Of a DNA stretch of 64,000 nt, positions 36,727 to 46,200 are shown piece after piece. The stretch comes from Ignavibacteriota bacterium (GTDB lineage Bacteria > Bacteroidota > Ignavibacteria > UBA10030 > CAVZMI01): the NCBI GenBank assembly GCA_963776275.1, contig CAVZMI010000029.1:29355-93354 (forward strand), in the 5' to 3' direction. How positions within the stretch are numbered: the first letter of the stretch is position 1; each line of letters starts with the position of its first letter. The position numbers were made by a program, and so were the translations under genes. The notes under the pieces were generated by a model. The model was not told the origin of the DNA. It searched no databases and worked only from the letters and a program-made list of their open reading frames with translations.

Positions 36727-38502
36727 TTATTTGTTTCTCAGTTTGTTAATGAGTTCATTGAGAATACTTGTCTGTGCTTCCGCCGATTGTCCATCTATCA
36801 CTGCATCAATAATTTTCCGTTTTTTCTCGATCAGTTCGGCTATTTCTTCATCAATGGTATTAATGGCATTCAAATACCAGGCTGTGACACAATCTGTCTG
36901 ACCAATTCGATGAAGGCGGTCCTCGGCCTGCTGCATTATACTTGGAGTCCATCCCTGTTCAACAAATGCCACGTTGCTCGCAGCGGTCAGCGTGATTCCC
37001 ATTCCTCCAGCCTGCAAACTGCATACGATAATCCGACATTCCGGATCACTCTGGAATCGATCGATATTCGATTGACGGGTTTGGCCATCGTCTTCACCAA
37101 AAACATGCGCCGAGCCGTACCATGATGCTATTTTCTTTTGAATCGCGATATGTGAGGCAAATACTACCAACTTTTCACCGTTCTCTAAAAAATCGTCTAT
37201 CCACTCCTTTACAGCTTCCATCTTGCCGCCAGCTGCCAATTGCTTTAAGGCCTCTATCCGGACAAGTTCCTCTGCCTTCCTGGCTCGCTCCTCTGTTGTA
37301 TCACCACGTTCTTTAATTGCCAGTATTTTTTCTTCCACCGGCAGATCTTTAATAATTTCCAGGAAAGATTCATCTTTCATTGCCCGATCTTTGAGCCAAG
37401 TAACTACCTCACTTTCAGCTCTTTCGTATTCCGTTCTATTTGTGATTTCAATCGGTACGATCGCCACTCTCTTTGGTGGAAGCTCTTTCAATACGTCTTC
37501 TTTCTTCCGACGAATCATACATTTTTCTCTGAGCTTCGAATTCAATTCACCAAGATTCTCAGCTCCTTCCATCCATAAACCGAATCGGCCGCGGAAAGCT
37601 GCACAATATTTTGTCGCGAATTTCCACCATCCACCGAAATCATCAAGCCGATCGATAATTTGAAGCTGACTGATAAGTTCTTTGGGCTTGTTCAGTATTG
37701 GTGTACCTGTGAGAAGCAACCTGACTGGAATATTTTTTGATAATTCTCTACAAGCTTTTGTGCGTTGCGTTTTGATTGCTTTGACATAATGGCTTTCATC
37801 GAGGACAATCGCCTTGAAATCTATATTCTTCAACGCTTCAATATGCTTCATGAGAATGTCGTAATTGATTATCACGATATCGGTCTTATAATATCCGGCA
37901 CCATATCCATTGACAACGGATGTAGTTTTCCCGATCAACCATTTCCTTGCTTCCCGTTGCCAATTCAATTTTAATGATGCAGGACATACGATAAGTGATG
38001 GAAATGCTGAAATATTCTTTATGGTTGCCAATGCGGTGATCGTCTTCCCTAAACCCATTTGATCCGCAATCAAACATCGTTTGACTCTCGATGCATACAC
38101 CACACCAACCTTCTGAAACGTCATGAGTTCTCCACCCAATCCCTCGATCTGAATGTCCGTCCTGCTGGCTTCGGATAATTCAAGATTCCGCTGCAGGGTG
38201 GCATTGATATTGGCTATCTTTTCTTCTATACCCGCCTCCAGAGTGAAACCATTTGAATCGGCAAATTCTAACATCTGTTGAATGTCAACAATGTTCTCGG
38301 GCACTTTCCATGTCTTTGTCTTGCTGTCATATCGTGCACCTTCAATTTTCTTCACCGCTGCAACTAAGAACGCATCGTAGGAGAAGGATACGATGAATCC
38401 ACCAGCAGATGATATCGATATCTTCTTATCCCGAAGAGATCGTCTCTGAAATTCTTGAGCCGGCTTCTTCCGGACAAGAAATTGTAATTCGCCAGCTCTC
38501 AC
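36727..38502 (-). CDS. SNF2-family helicase (HARP/SMARCAL1-like)
   Basis: N-terminal HARP-like segment; 'ADQMGLGKT', 'DESH', 'LTGTP', 'QAEDRLHRIGQ'. Confidence 0.9.
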   Translation of the reverse strand: MRAGELQFLVRKKPAQEFQRRSLRDKKISISSAGGFIVSFSYDAFLVAAVKKIEGARYDSKTKTWKVPENIVDIQQMLEFADSNGFTLEAGIEEKIANINATLQRNLELSEASRTDIQIEGLGGELMTFQKVGVVYASRVKRCLIADQMGLGKTITALATIKNISAFPSLIVCPASLKLNWQREARKWLIGKTTSVVNGYGAGYYKTDIVIINYDILMKHIEALKNIDFKAIVLDESHYVKAIKTQRTKACRELSKNIPVRLLLTGTPILNKPKELISQLQIIDRLDDFGGWWKFATKYCAAFRGRFGLWMEGAENLGELNSKLREKCMIRRKKEDVLKELPPKRVAIVPIEITNRTEYERAESEVVTWLKDRAMKDESFLEIIKDLPVEEKILAIKERGDTTEERARKAEELVRIEALKQLAAGGKMEAVKEWIDDFLENGEKLVVFASHIAIQKKIASWYGSAHVFGEDDGQTRQSNIDRFQSDPECRIIVCSLQAGGMGITLTAASNVAFVEQGWTPSIMQQAEDRLHRIGQTDCVTAWYLNAINTIDEEIAELIEKKRKIIDAVIDGQSAEAQTSILNELINKLRNK

Positions 38503-38669
38503 TTATCGTTTCCTGTGTTAGACGGTGATGCGTCATGTTGTGTAGAGATCTTCCTACAATCAGCGCATTTACTCAGATAGGATTCTGTATATGAAACATC
38601 GCTATGACCCCAGGTATTCCCACAACTCTCACAATAATGCGTATGCTCTCCATTATTAATGTCGCTCAT
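38499..38669 (-). CDS. Small Zn-finger protein
   Basis: 'CESCG...CADC'; SD AGAGGAG. Confidence 0.55.
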   Translation of the reverse strand: MSDINNGEHTHYCESCGNTWGHSDVSYTESYLSKCADCRKISTQHDASPSNTGNDK

Positions 38670-38734
38670 GATTTCTCCTCTTTGGAAATAGAACGATCCC
38701 GCCAACCTCCCCTCAGCTGGCGGGACCCATGCGA

Positions 38735-39865
38735 TCAATTATTTCGCAACATCAATTCACCCGCTATTTCCTGCAACTCACGCTGCCGGCGCTGCTCGAC
38801 GTCCCGGGCAACCGCCGATACCGCCTGTGAAAGTTTCCAGAGTGTCGGTTCACCGGTGACACCATCATCCAGATTGCTTTCAAGAAGTTTCTTCTGTATG
38901 GCCTGTACTTCTATCGGAACTAAGCCGATTCGCGGAAGTCTTTTAATCTCTTGTTCGAGATCTACCACCATTTCACTCGCTCCTTGGATTATCTTCCCGC
39001 GATGCACAAGTTCTTCTTTAGATAACAACTGGCGCACGATATCGCGGAGAACGCTCGCTTGGGTCTGAGTATCAAGGCGGTATGTTTCATCGCTAAGCCT
39101 GAAATCATCCGGGATCCGACCACCGAGATGAACCCTTCGCATTACGCTTTCCAATACGGAGCCATTCAAACATCGTCCCTGTAAAAAGAAGAATCTTACT
39201 TCAAGTGCCCCATCGCCAAAGTCACTGTTGGCCAACCTCAGACCGAATGCAAGGTGCACGATCCCGTTTCGCTGTGTCTTGATCGGGATGATAGTCGGTA
39301 AGAGTACTTCCAACCAAAATCGAAGATCGTCGGCGTATGCGTCGAATACCCGGGCTCCAGCTGAATGAATCTCCGTTATAAAAGCCTTTGTGATTTCCGG
39401 GCTTGAAAGTCTGCGGTACTGATCACTCAGCACACCACGTATCTGGTTTCCTACCGATCGGACCAGAACTCGCTGTCGCAACGAATGAGCGCAATGATCA
39501 TTGAGTGTCCGTGCGGCAAGTCTCCGCTGCCAATCCTCATTGCCCAATGCCAAATTCCGGATATAGGCCGATGGGATGCCAAGCTTTTCTCCGGCCTGTT
39601 CAGCTGCATGGGGGTGGAGTGTAAATTTCTGTGAATTGCCGTTTCCTCCGAACTCCATGAAAAGGGAGCCGTTCGAATCAAAATACACCGGGGCATCTTG
39701 ACCAAGCGGAGCGATGAAATCTTCCAGCATTGATCCATCTCGTTCTATCCGGTCGAGAATGTCCTTCGACCTTCGTTGACCTTCTTCGATCTTCTCATCA
39801 ATTTTATGTTGAAGAACTTCCCTGAGTCCTTCTTCTGTGTCTGTAAGCACTTCTGTCGTAGCCAT
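38735..39865 (-). CDS. DUF932-family protein
   Basis: Start MATTEVL (SD AGGAG); 'IRGVLSDQYRR', 'NSDFGDGAL', 'CLNG', 'HLG'. Confidence 0.75.
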   Translation of the reverse strand: MATTEVLTDTEEGLREVLQHKIDEKIEEGQRRSKDILDRIERDGSMLEDFIAPLGQDAPVYFDSNGSLFMEFGGNGNSQKFTLHPHAAEQAGEKLGIPSAYIRNLALGNEDWQRRLAARTLNDHCAHSLRQRVLVRSVGNQIRGVLSDQYRRLSSPEITKAFITEIHSAGARVFDAYADDLRFWLEVLLPTIIPIKTQRNGIVHLAFGLRLANSDFGDGALEVRFFFLQGRCLNGSVLESVMRRVHLGGRIPDDFRLSDETYRLDTQTQASVLRDIVRQLLSKEELVHRGKIIQGASEMVVDLEQEIKRLPRIGLVPIEVQAIQKKLLESNLDDGVTGEPTLWKLSQAVSAVARDVEQRRQRELQEIAGELMLRNN

Positions 39866-39884
39866 TGCCGTATCTCCTATTTTG

Positions 39885-40178
39885 TTATTCCTGTTGTTGG
39901 AGTTCTTTTTCTGCTTTTTTCTGTTTCCATGCTTGGAGTTTTTGGAGACCAATCTCTTTCTTTGTTATAAATCTCTTCCCCGCTTCCTCCTTTGATAATT
40001 CCTCCAGCTCTGAAGCCTGTGAGATCTGAATCAGTCCATAACTTTCTACCTCTGCCAACGCATTCGGAATTAATTCGCCATTCTCATCACGGTTTTTGAT
40101 TATCTTTACTCTTTTTGCATTATCTTCCGGGCCGAGCTTATAAATGATTCCTGGCTTTGCATCACGAGCGCATATCAT
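39885..40178 (-). CDS. Hypothetical protein
   Basis: 97 aa. Confidence 0.5.
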   Translation of the reverse strand: MICARDAKPGIIYKLGPEDNAKRVKIIKNRDENGELIPNALAEVESYGLIQISQASELEELSKEEAGKRFITKKEIGLQKLQAWKQKKAEKELQQQE

Positions 40179-40190
40179 GACAATTCCCTT

Positions 40191-40400
40191 TCAATTCAGT
40201 CGGTGAGTTGTAAGAACATCTATCAATTGTTTTTTCTCGATGAGGCCAAGAAGTGTTTTACTATTATTGTTGAGGATGTAATTCAGATAATTGGGGATGC
40301 CGAGACGATGAGCAAGAGCGCATAGAATCTTTTCTTCCGCCGTAAAATAATGGAACATTCTGACGGTTGATTGGGCCTTATTTTGTTGATCCTGCGGCAT
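40191..40400 (-). CDS. Hypothetical protein (first gene after promoter)
   Basis: 69 aa. Confidence 0.45.
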   Translation of the reverse strand: MPQDQQNKAQSTVRMFHYFTAEEKILCALAHRLGIPNYLNYILNNNSKTLLGLIEKKQLIDVLTTHRLN

Positions 40401-40435
40401 GGTGTGATCTCTGTTTATTGTAAAACCCTATATGT

Positions 40436-40490
40436 AATATAATATAATATATGATAATGTCAAGTAATATCATATAGTATCAAGTAATAT
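40436..40490 (-). promoter_or_regulatory. Sigma70-type promoter with 11-bp direct repeat
   Basis: TTGACA-N16-TATATT; TCAAGTAATAT at 40460 and 40480. Confidence 0.65.
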
Positions 40491-40498
40491 GCCATATT

Positions 40499-42574
40499 TT
40501 ATAGCTTATCGAGTGTGTTTTCAACAAAGGTTTTGATCTTTTCAGCCTCTGATTTATCGATTCCCAAGGCCTTCGCAATGATCGCCAGATGTTTGGCTGG
40601 TGGTTCTCCTCTGTTTATTAATGTCTGTCGCTCGATCATGAATCTCTCGGCCAGAGCCAACATCTTCGTGTCACTCAATGCAGCACCCTCCTGATATGGT
40701 ATGCTTACTTCGAGCTGAGTCAGTGCATCGCATAGTATCGCATCCACATCCGCAAAATCTTTCGAGCCATCATTCGCGTGATCGACACGATTATTTATTT
40801 TCAACAACCGCTCATGCTCCATCAAATTCCATTCACCAACGGTTCGCCTGATACCACGTCGCGTCAGTTCGTGTTTGTCGTCAAATAGTATGTGAGGAAT
40901 ATTATTCCAGAACATCCACCTCAGCTTCGTATAGATCTTCATCTGCTGCGGATTACTGAATCCGAGTGTCTTGCTATAAACTCCTCTTGCAATAATCTCA
41001 TGGGACAATTTCTCAGAATTGTATTTATCGCTTAGTGCAAACCGGCTTCCCGGGAATTTATCCAATAGGATCCCGAGTACTTCTCCAAAATTCAAGTAAT
41101 CTACGGTCAGCTCCTCTTTCGGCTGCCATACAATTACGATGTCCAGTATCGGTCTTTTATTTATTGTCACTAACTCTGCCCGATTCTCGATAAATAATTC
41201 ATCGCGCATCTCATTCATCGTTTCGATATAGCCACCTTTGAATACAAATGCGTCATAGTTCGTGGCCGCATCAAACGCCCATCCCCGCGGCCTGCTGTCA
41301 CCTTTTATTCTTGTTAATTCAATTCCAATGTATCTTTTTATCTCTCTTTTCATGGTCATCGGATTTTCTATCACTCGTTCGGTTACTTTATATTGATAAT
41401 CTACAGGGGATTCTGATGGTGTGAAACACTCCCGGACCTTATCAACGTGAGGTTGATAGAATCCTTCCCTTGAACTTCCCTTGATACATTCGTATCGGGC
41501 TTTGGCGTCGGATGGATCATTTCTGTAAGCTGACGCAATATCTTTATCTTCTTTTTTGGCATTTGGATTCATATCGAATGTAGAGCTTACGAATGCAAAT
41601 ATTGTTCGTGGTAGATTGTTTTTTTTCTCCTCTTCGGCTCTTTGAACCAATGTCCAGGTAAAATCCCACTCGGAATTATTCAGATATGAAAAGGTTATTG
41701 ATTTACCTACACTGTGACCGAATCGCGTATTAAGATTCCCTGTAACACCTTTATGTAAAAGTTCAACATCACGGTATCCGGTCGCTGAATCGGCTCGCGA
41801 TGGTTCATCGATGACGTCGATGATAAGATTCAATCCTTCAAACCCGGTAGGAGTCGAATCAAGAGAATGATGTATTATAGGACCATGACCAAGCATTGTG
41901 GGTACTGTTATCTCTTTCTTTTTTAAGTCTCCAAACTGTGATCGCAGATCAAGTCCCACATATCGTTCGAACCAGTTTTCGTTGCCTTCTGCTGTCTTAC
42001 ATCGTCTGATTAATCCATCTATTTTCGAAAAATGTACGTCACGTGCCTGCTTTTCTGTTACCATTGAATGATTTGCGATTTCGAAGGGCATTGCCTTGTC
42101 GATCGGCTTATCATAAAAACGTGAAAAGTATAGATGCGGATTGACCATGTTCGCTATTTTATAAGTGCAATAAATTACAAATGGTGCAATGATATATGTA
42201 TTCTTTCCGCCGCCCTGACCGATCGCAAATACATACTGTTGATATGTTGTGTCCCATTCATACGGATCCCGCCCGGCTAATTCCCACAAAACTTTATACT
42301 GATTTTCTGAAGGATGCATATCCAGGCGTTGTTCAATAAACTCCTGAATGTCGACAACCCCACCCTCTTTCCAGAAACTCTTTTCTCTCCAGAATGGCTT
42401 GGTCTTCGATTCAGTCAGTAGTAATGGCGCCGGACTTTGGCCCTTGATCTGATTCAGTTGGTCCTGGTTCTCCTTGTTCTTTTTCTGGAACTGTTCGTCC
42501 TTGACCTGGCGCTCCAATCCTCCCAAGAGGAAGAGGAGGGAGTCCGTTATCCCTAAATGATTCTCTGAAGGCAT
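40499..42574 (-). CDS. terL: Terminase large subunit
   Basis: Walker A 'GQGGGKN', Walker B 'DVIDEPSR', nuclease 'AFDAA', 'SDKYNS', 'RVDH..GSKDFAD'. Confidence 0.85.
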   Translation of the reverse strand: MPSENHLGITDSLLFLLGGLERQVKDEQFQKKNKENQDQLNQIKGQSPAPLLLTESKTKPFWREKSFWKEGGVVDIQEFIEQRLDMHPSENQYKVLWELAGRDPYEWDTTYQQYVFAIGQGGGKNTYIIAPFVIYCTYKIANMVNPHLYFSRFYDKPIDKAMPFEIANHSMVTEKQARDVHFSKIDGLIRRCKTAEGNENWFERYVGLDLRSQFGDLKKKEITVPTMLGHGPIIHHSLDSTPTGFEGLNLIIDVIDEPSRADSATGYRDVELLHKGVTGNLNTRFGHSVGKSITFSYLNNSEWDFTWTLVQRAEEEKKNNLPRTIFAFVSSTFDMNPNAKKEDKDIASAYRNDPSDAKARYECIKGSSREGFYQPHVDKVRECFTPSESPVDYQYKVTERVIENPMTMKREIKRYIGIELTRIKGDSRPRGWAFDAATNYDAFVFKGGYIETMNEMRDELFIENRAELVTINKRPILDIVIVWQPKEELTVDYLNFGEVLGILLDKFPGSRFALSDKYNSEKLSHEIIARGVYSKTLGFSNPQQMKIYTKLRWMFWNNIPHILFDDKHELTRRGIRRTVGEWNLMEHERLLKINNRVDHANDGSKDFADVDAILCDALTQLEVSIPYQEGAALSDTKMLALAERFMIERQTLINRGEPPAKHLAIIAKALGIDKSEAEKIKTFVENTLDKL

Positions 42575-43067
42575 TGATAGCTCTTAATTTGACTTCCGGT
42601 TCTAATCCTTCAATGGTTTTTGTTATTGCATCATAAATTGCTTCTACTAATCTTACGAATTGAAACTCTTTCATGAATTCTATATATCGTTCGAGTTGTT
42701 TACCTAACGATTCTGCCGATTGTAAAATGAGTTCCAGATATTTTCTTTTTTCTCTTTCATTAATCTTTTCTAAACTCTTTTTTGCAATCTCCAATACCAC
42801 CCGTGTATCGGTTATACAGCTTTGTACTTCATTGATTATGTTAATTCCACGTTCATAATGTTCTTGGCTATCGCGTATAAATTTTTTTACTATTCCAGCC
42901 TTTATACCGGCACGCGATTGTTTCTGTTTATCTCTGACCGATACCCCTGCTCGCTTCTTGTGATAATTGACAAGTCGAACTTTTATTCCCAGTATTTTAG
43001 CAATTTCCTTGGCTGATAAACCCTTTTTGTTCAGTTTGAGTATATTTTCACGAAGATTTTTTTTCAA
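42411..43067 (-). CDS. Putative terminase small subunit (N-terminal HTH)
   Basis: HTH plus helical body, directly upstream of and overlapping terL. Confidence 0.65.
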   Translation of the reverse strand: MKKNLRENILKLNKKGLSAKEIAKILGIKVRLVNYHKKRAGVSVRDKQKQSRAGIKAGIVKKFIRDSQEHYERGINIINEVQSCITDTRVVLEIAKKSLEKINEREKRKYLELILQSAESLGKQLERYIEFMKEFQFVRLVEAIYDAITKTIEGLEPEVKLRAINAFRESFRDNGLPPLPLGRIGAPGQGRTVPEKEQGEPGPTESDQGPKSGAITTD

Positions 43068-43336
43068 TCTTCAACCTCAACAATCATCCGAAATTGGTTC
43101 TTCGCTGCAACTGCATAGCACAACTTTCTGATACACTCAATTGTCTGCCCACCCCTCCCGAGCACTTTCCCAACTTCTGAGGCGGTCACTTCGATGTATA
43201 GGGCATACATCTTATCACGCTCTCCTTCTTTTATTTCCACACTGTCGGGTGTGTTGACGAGATTTTTGACAATGTTTTCAACCATCTCCCTTATTTGTCG
43301 TGCAACTTGTTGTTGCTTCGGATTGAGTGATTTCAT
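43064..43336 (-). CDS. KhpA-like single KH-domain RNA-binding protein
   Basis: 'IVKNLVNTPDSV..EVGKVLGRGGQTIECIR'; size and GxxG loop match KhpA/UPF0109. Confidence 0.85.
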   Translation of the reverse strand: MKSLNPKQQQVARQIREMVENIVKNLVNTPDSVEIKEGERDKMYALYIEVTASEVGKVLGRGGQTIECIRKLCYAVAAKNQFRMIVEVED

Positions 43337-43372
43337 AGAATTCTCCCCTGAAAATGATTTACTAATGATGGG

Positions 43373-43878
43373 CTACTGCAATGCATTAAGAAAATCCAAC
43401 CATACCCCTTGAACTCTTTTTACTTCCATCCAGACCTCGGCCAATCTTTCGGAAATATTATTCCTACGGACGGATTCAATTCGCGTATGGCCATGGCACG
43501 CGCCACATATACAGCTTCTTTATTCTTGAATATGATATAGCTTTCAGCACCGAGTCTTTCGAGATCGCATAATGCTTCGAACTGATGATATTTCACACCG
43601 AATTGATCTGGATCTGTCGGTAATAAAAAAGGTAAACCGAGTTTCGTTCTGTGACTCTTCGCCTCGATGAATAGTGATCGGGCATATTGATTGTTTGAAC
43701 CATAAAATCGTGAACCTATAAAGTCATATCCTGTCCTTCGCTTAAAAAATACTACATCTCCATTCGGCGTCTTTCTGTATCCTTTTGGAACCTCGAACTT
43801 TTGCAAATAGGCTATTCTCCGCCTCCAATATTCCTTCGCCACAAGCATTATCTCCTTCTCAAAATCCATACCCCTCAT
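43373..43878 (-). CDS. RecU-like Holliday junction resolvase (probable 1-nt deletion near 43443)
   Basis: 'RGMDFE', 'YDFIG', 'FIEAKS', 'VKYHQ'; alternative frame gives the expected end 'LAEVW..WLDFLNALQ'. Confidence 0.75.
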
Positions 43879-43960
43879 TGACATTCCTACGTTTAAAGAC
43901 GTTGAGATTTTCAGGCTACACATGAGTTTACCTCACTCTTCGTTGACGCCTGAAGGGTCT
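43858..43960 (-). ncRNA. Putative TnpB omegaRNA 3' part, right end (TCAA at 43881-43878) and guide
   Basis: IS200/IS605-type hairpin (ACGT-CTTTAA-ACGT) followed by TCAA; 5' boundary unknown. Confidence 0.5.
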
Positions 43961-45038
43961 GCCCGACCCTTAAAATGTTATGTGCCGCGTTCAAATCCCG
44001 ATTCATCTTCAAACCGCATGCGGGACATTTATGAATACGACGGTGAATTGTTTTTGGTACCAACTCTCCACATTGAGAACAAGTTTCACTCGTGCCTTTG
44101 GGATCAACCTTCACCACCGTCCTACCAGCTTCCTCCGCTTTGTAGGATAGCATTGTAAAGAAATCACCCCATCCGGCATCGGCCACAGATTTACCTGCAT
44201 ATTTGTTTTCACTGACCATTGCTGGTATATCCAGATCCTCGATGTGAATGATTTTGTAATTTCTGATGTAATGATTCGCTGTCTTATGAAGAAAATCTTT
44301 GCGCTGATTCGCTATTCTCTCATGGACCTTGGCTACAAACATCCGTGCTTTCTTCCTGCGTTGCGAACCTCTGACTTTCCGTGCAAGTCTTCGTTGACGG
44401 CGACGGAGATCTGCCTGTCCCTGCTTTAAGTATTTTGGATTGGGAATACTGAATCCATCGGAGTCTGTACAGAATGTACGGCTGCCAACATCGATACCGA
44501 CCTCGGCCGTCGTTACCGGAAAACTCCGAACCGGAACTTCGTCACAGGAAAAGCAAGCGAACCATTTGTCGGTTGAGGTGCGACGGATTGTAATGGTTTT
44601 GATCTTACCCTCAATCGGTCGGGAGAGATAAAGTTTCAATCGTCCAATCTTCGAAAGATGCAAATATTGTCCTTCAATTTTCCAGCCATGTTGTGTCAAG
44701 GTGAAGGAATCATAGCGACCAACGGATTTGAAACGTGGGAATCCGGCTTTGCCTTGCTTAACTCTCCGGAAGAATCCTTTGTATGATTTATCGAGTCGCT
44801 GAAGAACATCACATAGGCAGTGAGAATCAATCTGTATAAAGTCAGGAAATGCTTTTTTGAGTTCCGGAAGTTGATTCTGTTGATCGTAATAAGAGAGAGA
44901 TTTTTTACACTGCCGATAAACCATTATGCGTTGCTCGAGGGCGAGGTTGTAAAGAACTCGGCACTGTTCCAACCAACGGAGGCAATTCACCTCAGTTGTC
45001 TTCGAAAGTTGAACTCGATATTGAAATGCGCGTCTCAT
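43911..45038 (-). CDS. tnpB: TnpB RNA-guided nuclease (IS200/IS605 family), no tnpA
   Basis: 'LYNLAL', 'GFPRFKS', RuvC 'GIDVG', 'IEDL', 'RDLNAAHNI', Zn finger CSQC/CPAC. Confidence 0.95.
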   Translation of the reverse strand: MRRAFQYRVQLSKTTEVNCLRWLEQCRVLYNLALEQRIMVYRQCKKSLSYYDQQNQLPELKKAFPDFIQIDSHCLCDVLQRLDKSYKGFFRRVKQGKAGFPRFKSVGRYDSFTLTQHGWKIEGQYLHLSKIGRLKLYLSRPIEGKIKTITIRRTSTDKWFACFSCDEVPVRSFPVTTAEVGIDVGSRTFCTDSDGFSIPNPKYLKQGQADLRRRQRRLARKVRGSQRRKKARMFVAKVHERIANQRKDFLHKTANHYIRNYKIIHIEDLDIPAMVSENKYAGKSVADAGWGDFFTMLSYKAEEAGRTVVKVDPKGTSETCSQCGELVPKTIHRRIHKCPACGLKMNRDLNAAHNILRVGQTLQASTKSEVNSCVA

Positions 45039-45241
45039 CGCGTCTCTATTCCCCGGCGTTTTATCATTTGTGCATTTCTCAATTCCGCGCTGATTTCTTT
45101 CCAGACATTCCCGCGCCGCTCTGGGAATATGCTTTGAGGATCATTGACGGGACCAGGCCGACTTTTGTATAACTCAAGAGCGATCGACAGGAAGACACTG
45201 CTCGACTTATTATCCGCCTTTTGCATTATTTGGTTTCGCAT
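45035..45241 (-). CDS. Hypothetical protein
   Basis: 68 aa, ATGA-coupled to tnpB. Confidence 0.45.
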   Translation of the reverse strand: MRNQIMQKADNKSSSVFLSIALELYKSRPGPVNDPQSIFPERRGNVWKEISAELRNAQMIKRRGIETR

Positions 45242-46176
45242 ATCGTCCTCTCTGGCATCTCATTCCAGATTCTACAATCAAGCTCTCGACCTGCTTTATT
45301 CTTCCCTATTCCATCAAACCACCACCGTTCCTTTGTCACGGGATCCTCAAAGAGTTGATAATGCAGCATTGTTTTTCTTTCTTCATATGTCTCGGCATCT
45401 CTCATCTCACTCTCCGGACATATTGGTTTCCATCGTCCCCATTGTTTAAAGAAAAACGGGATGGATGCTGCCTCGCATTGATCGCGAATCTCACGTACCC
45501 AATTGGGAAATAGTGGTCTTGCTTCCGGACCAGATTCGCCTCCACATATCACCCAGGTAAGTTTTGATTTATTTCCCCACCATTTTGCTGGGTCTTTCCG
45601 ACCATTGACACAAAACAATTTTATAGGTCCGAGCATTGGCTCTATACTTAAGAATCTGACCGCAGCCGGCGTTTCATACAGATCTGATACACGTAGATCA
45701 TATGTCTCTTGGTTCTCTGCTGATATCCCCAGCCAAACGTTCGGTTTTGGCCAATGACAACCTATAATGATTCCGGTCCCATCGTATGCTTTCTCCGGAG
45801 CCGTTCCATTGTGAGTCCAAATTCCCTCCCAAGACCCTACCTTAGAAAACCATTCTTTCATTCGCCCAGGACGTTTCGTCAATATCTGATAAATATGTTT
45901 TTCAGACATTGCGCCAAATACTCTCGCAATAAAATCATCAGGCACCTGTTCATGGAATAGATCACTCATCGAACACAAAAAAATCTTCCTCGGCTTTCGC
46001 CAGTGAAGAGGCTGATCTAACTTCTCCGGATGAAGTTCAATTTTTGAGAAATCGACATCTATCCTCGGTGCGATCCGTTCTGCATAACAATTTTTACATC
46101 CGGCCGATATTTTTGTGCAACCAGAGATAACGTTCCAGGTTGAATCCGTCCATTCTATTTTTGAGTTTATTCCCAC
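45226..46176 (-). CDS. DUF5131 (phage Gp37/Gp68) family protein
   Basis: 'SKIEWTDSTWN..GCTKISAGCKNCYA', 'SMSDLFHE', 'LTKRP', 'WVICGGESG', 'FFFKQWG'. Confidence 0.92.
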   Translation of the reverse strand: MGINSKIEWTDSTWNVISGCTKISAGCKNCYAERIAPRIDVDFSKIELHPEKLDQPLHWRKPRKIFLCSMSDLFHEQVPDDFIARVFGAMSEKHIYQILTKRPGRMKEWFSKVGSWEGIWTHNGTAPEKAYDGTGIIIGCHWPKPNVWLGISAENQETYDLRVSDLYETPAAVRFLSIEPMLGPIKLFCVNGRKDPAKWWGNKSKLTWVICGGESGPEARPLFPNWVREIRDQCEAASIPFFFKQWGRWKPICPESEMRDAETYEERKTMLHYQLFEDPVTKERWWFDGIGKNKAGRELDCRIWNEMPERTICETK

Positions 46177-46200
46177 TTTAATTTCCTTCCGAATAAAAAC

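Noticed and set aside
38495-38530. Second attC half-site (GTTAGAC)
   Set aside because: L-box spacing is wrong and no partner arm was found.
43391-43415. Self-target for the TnpB guide (AGGGGTATGG match)
   Set aside because: Only 10 nt match, missing the first seed bases, and it lies in the probable recU coding tail; likely chance.
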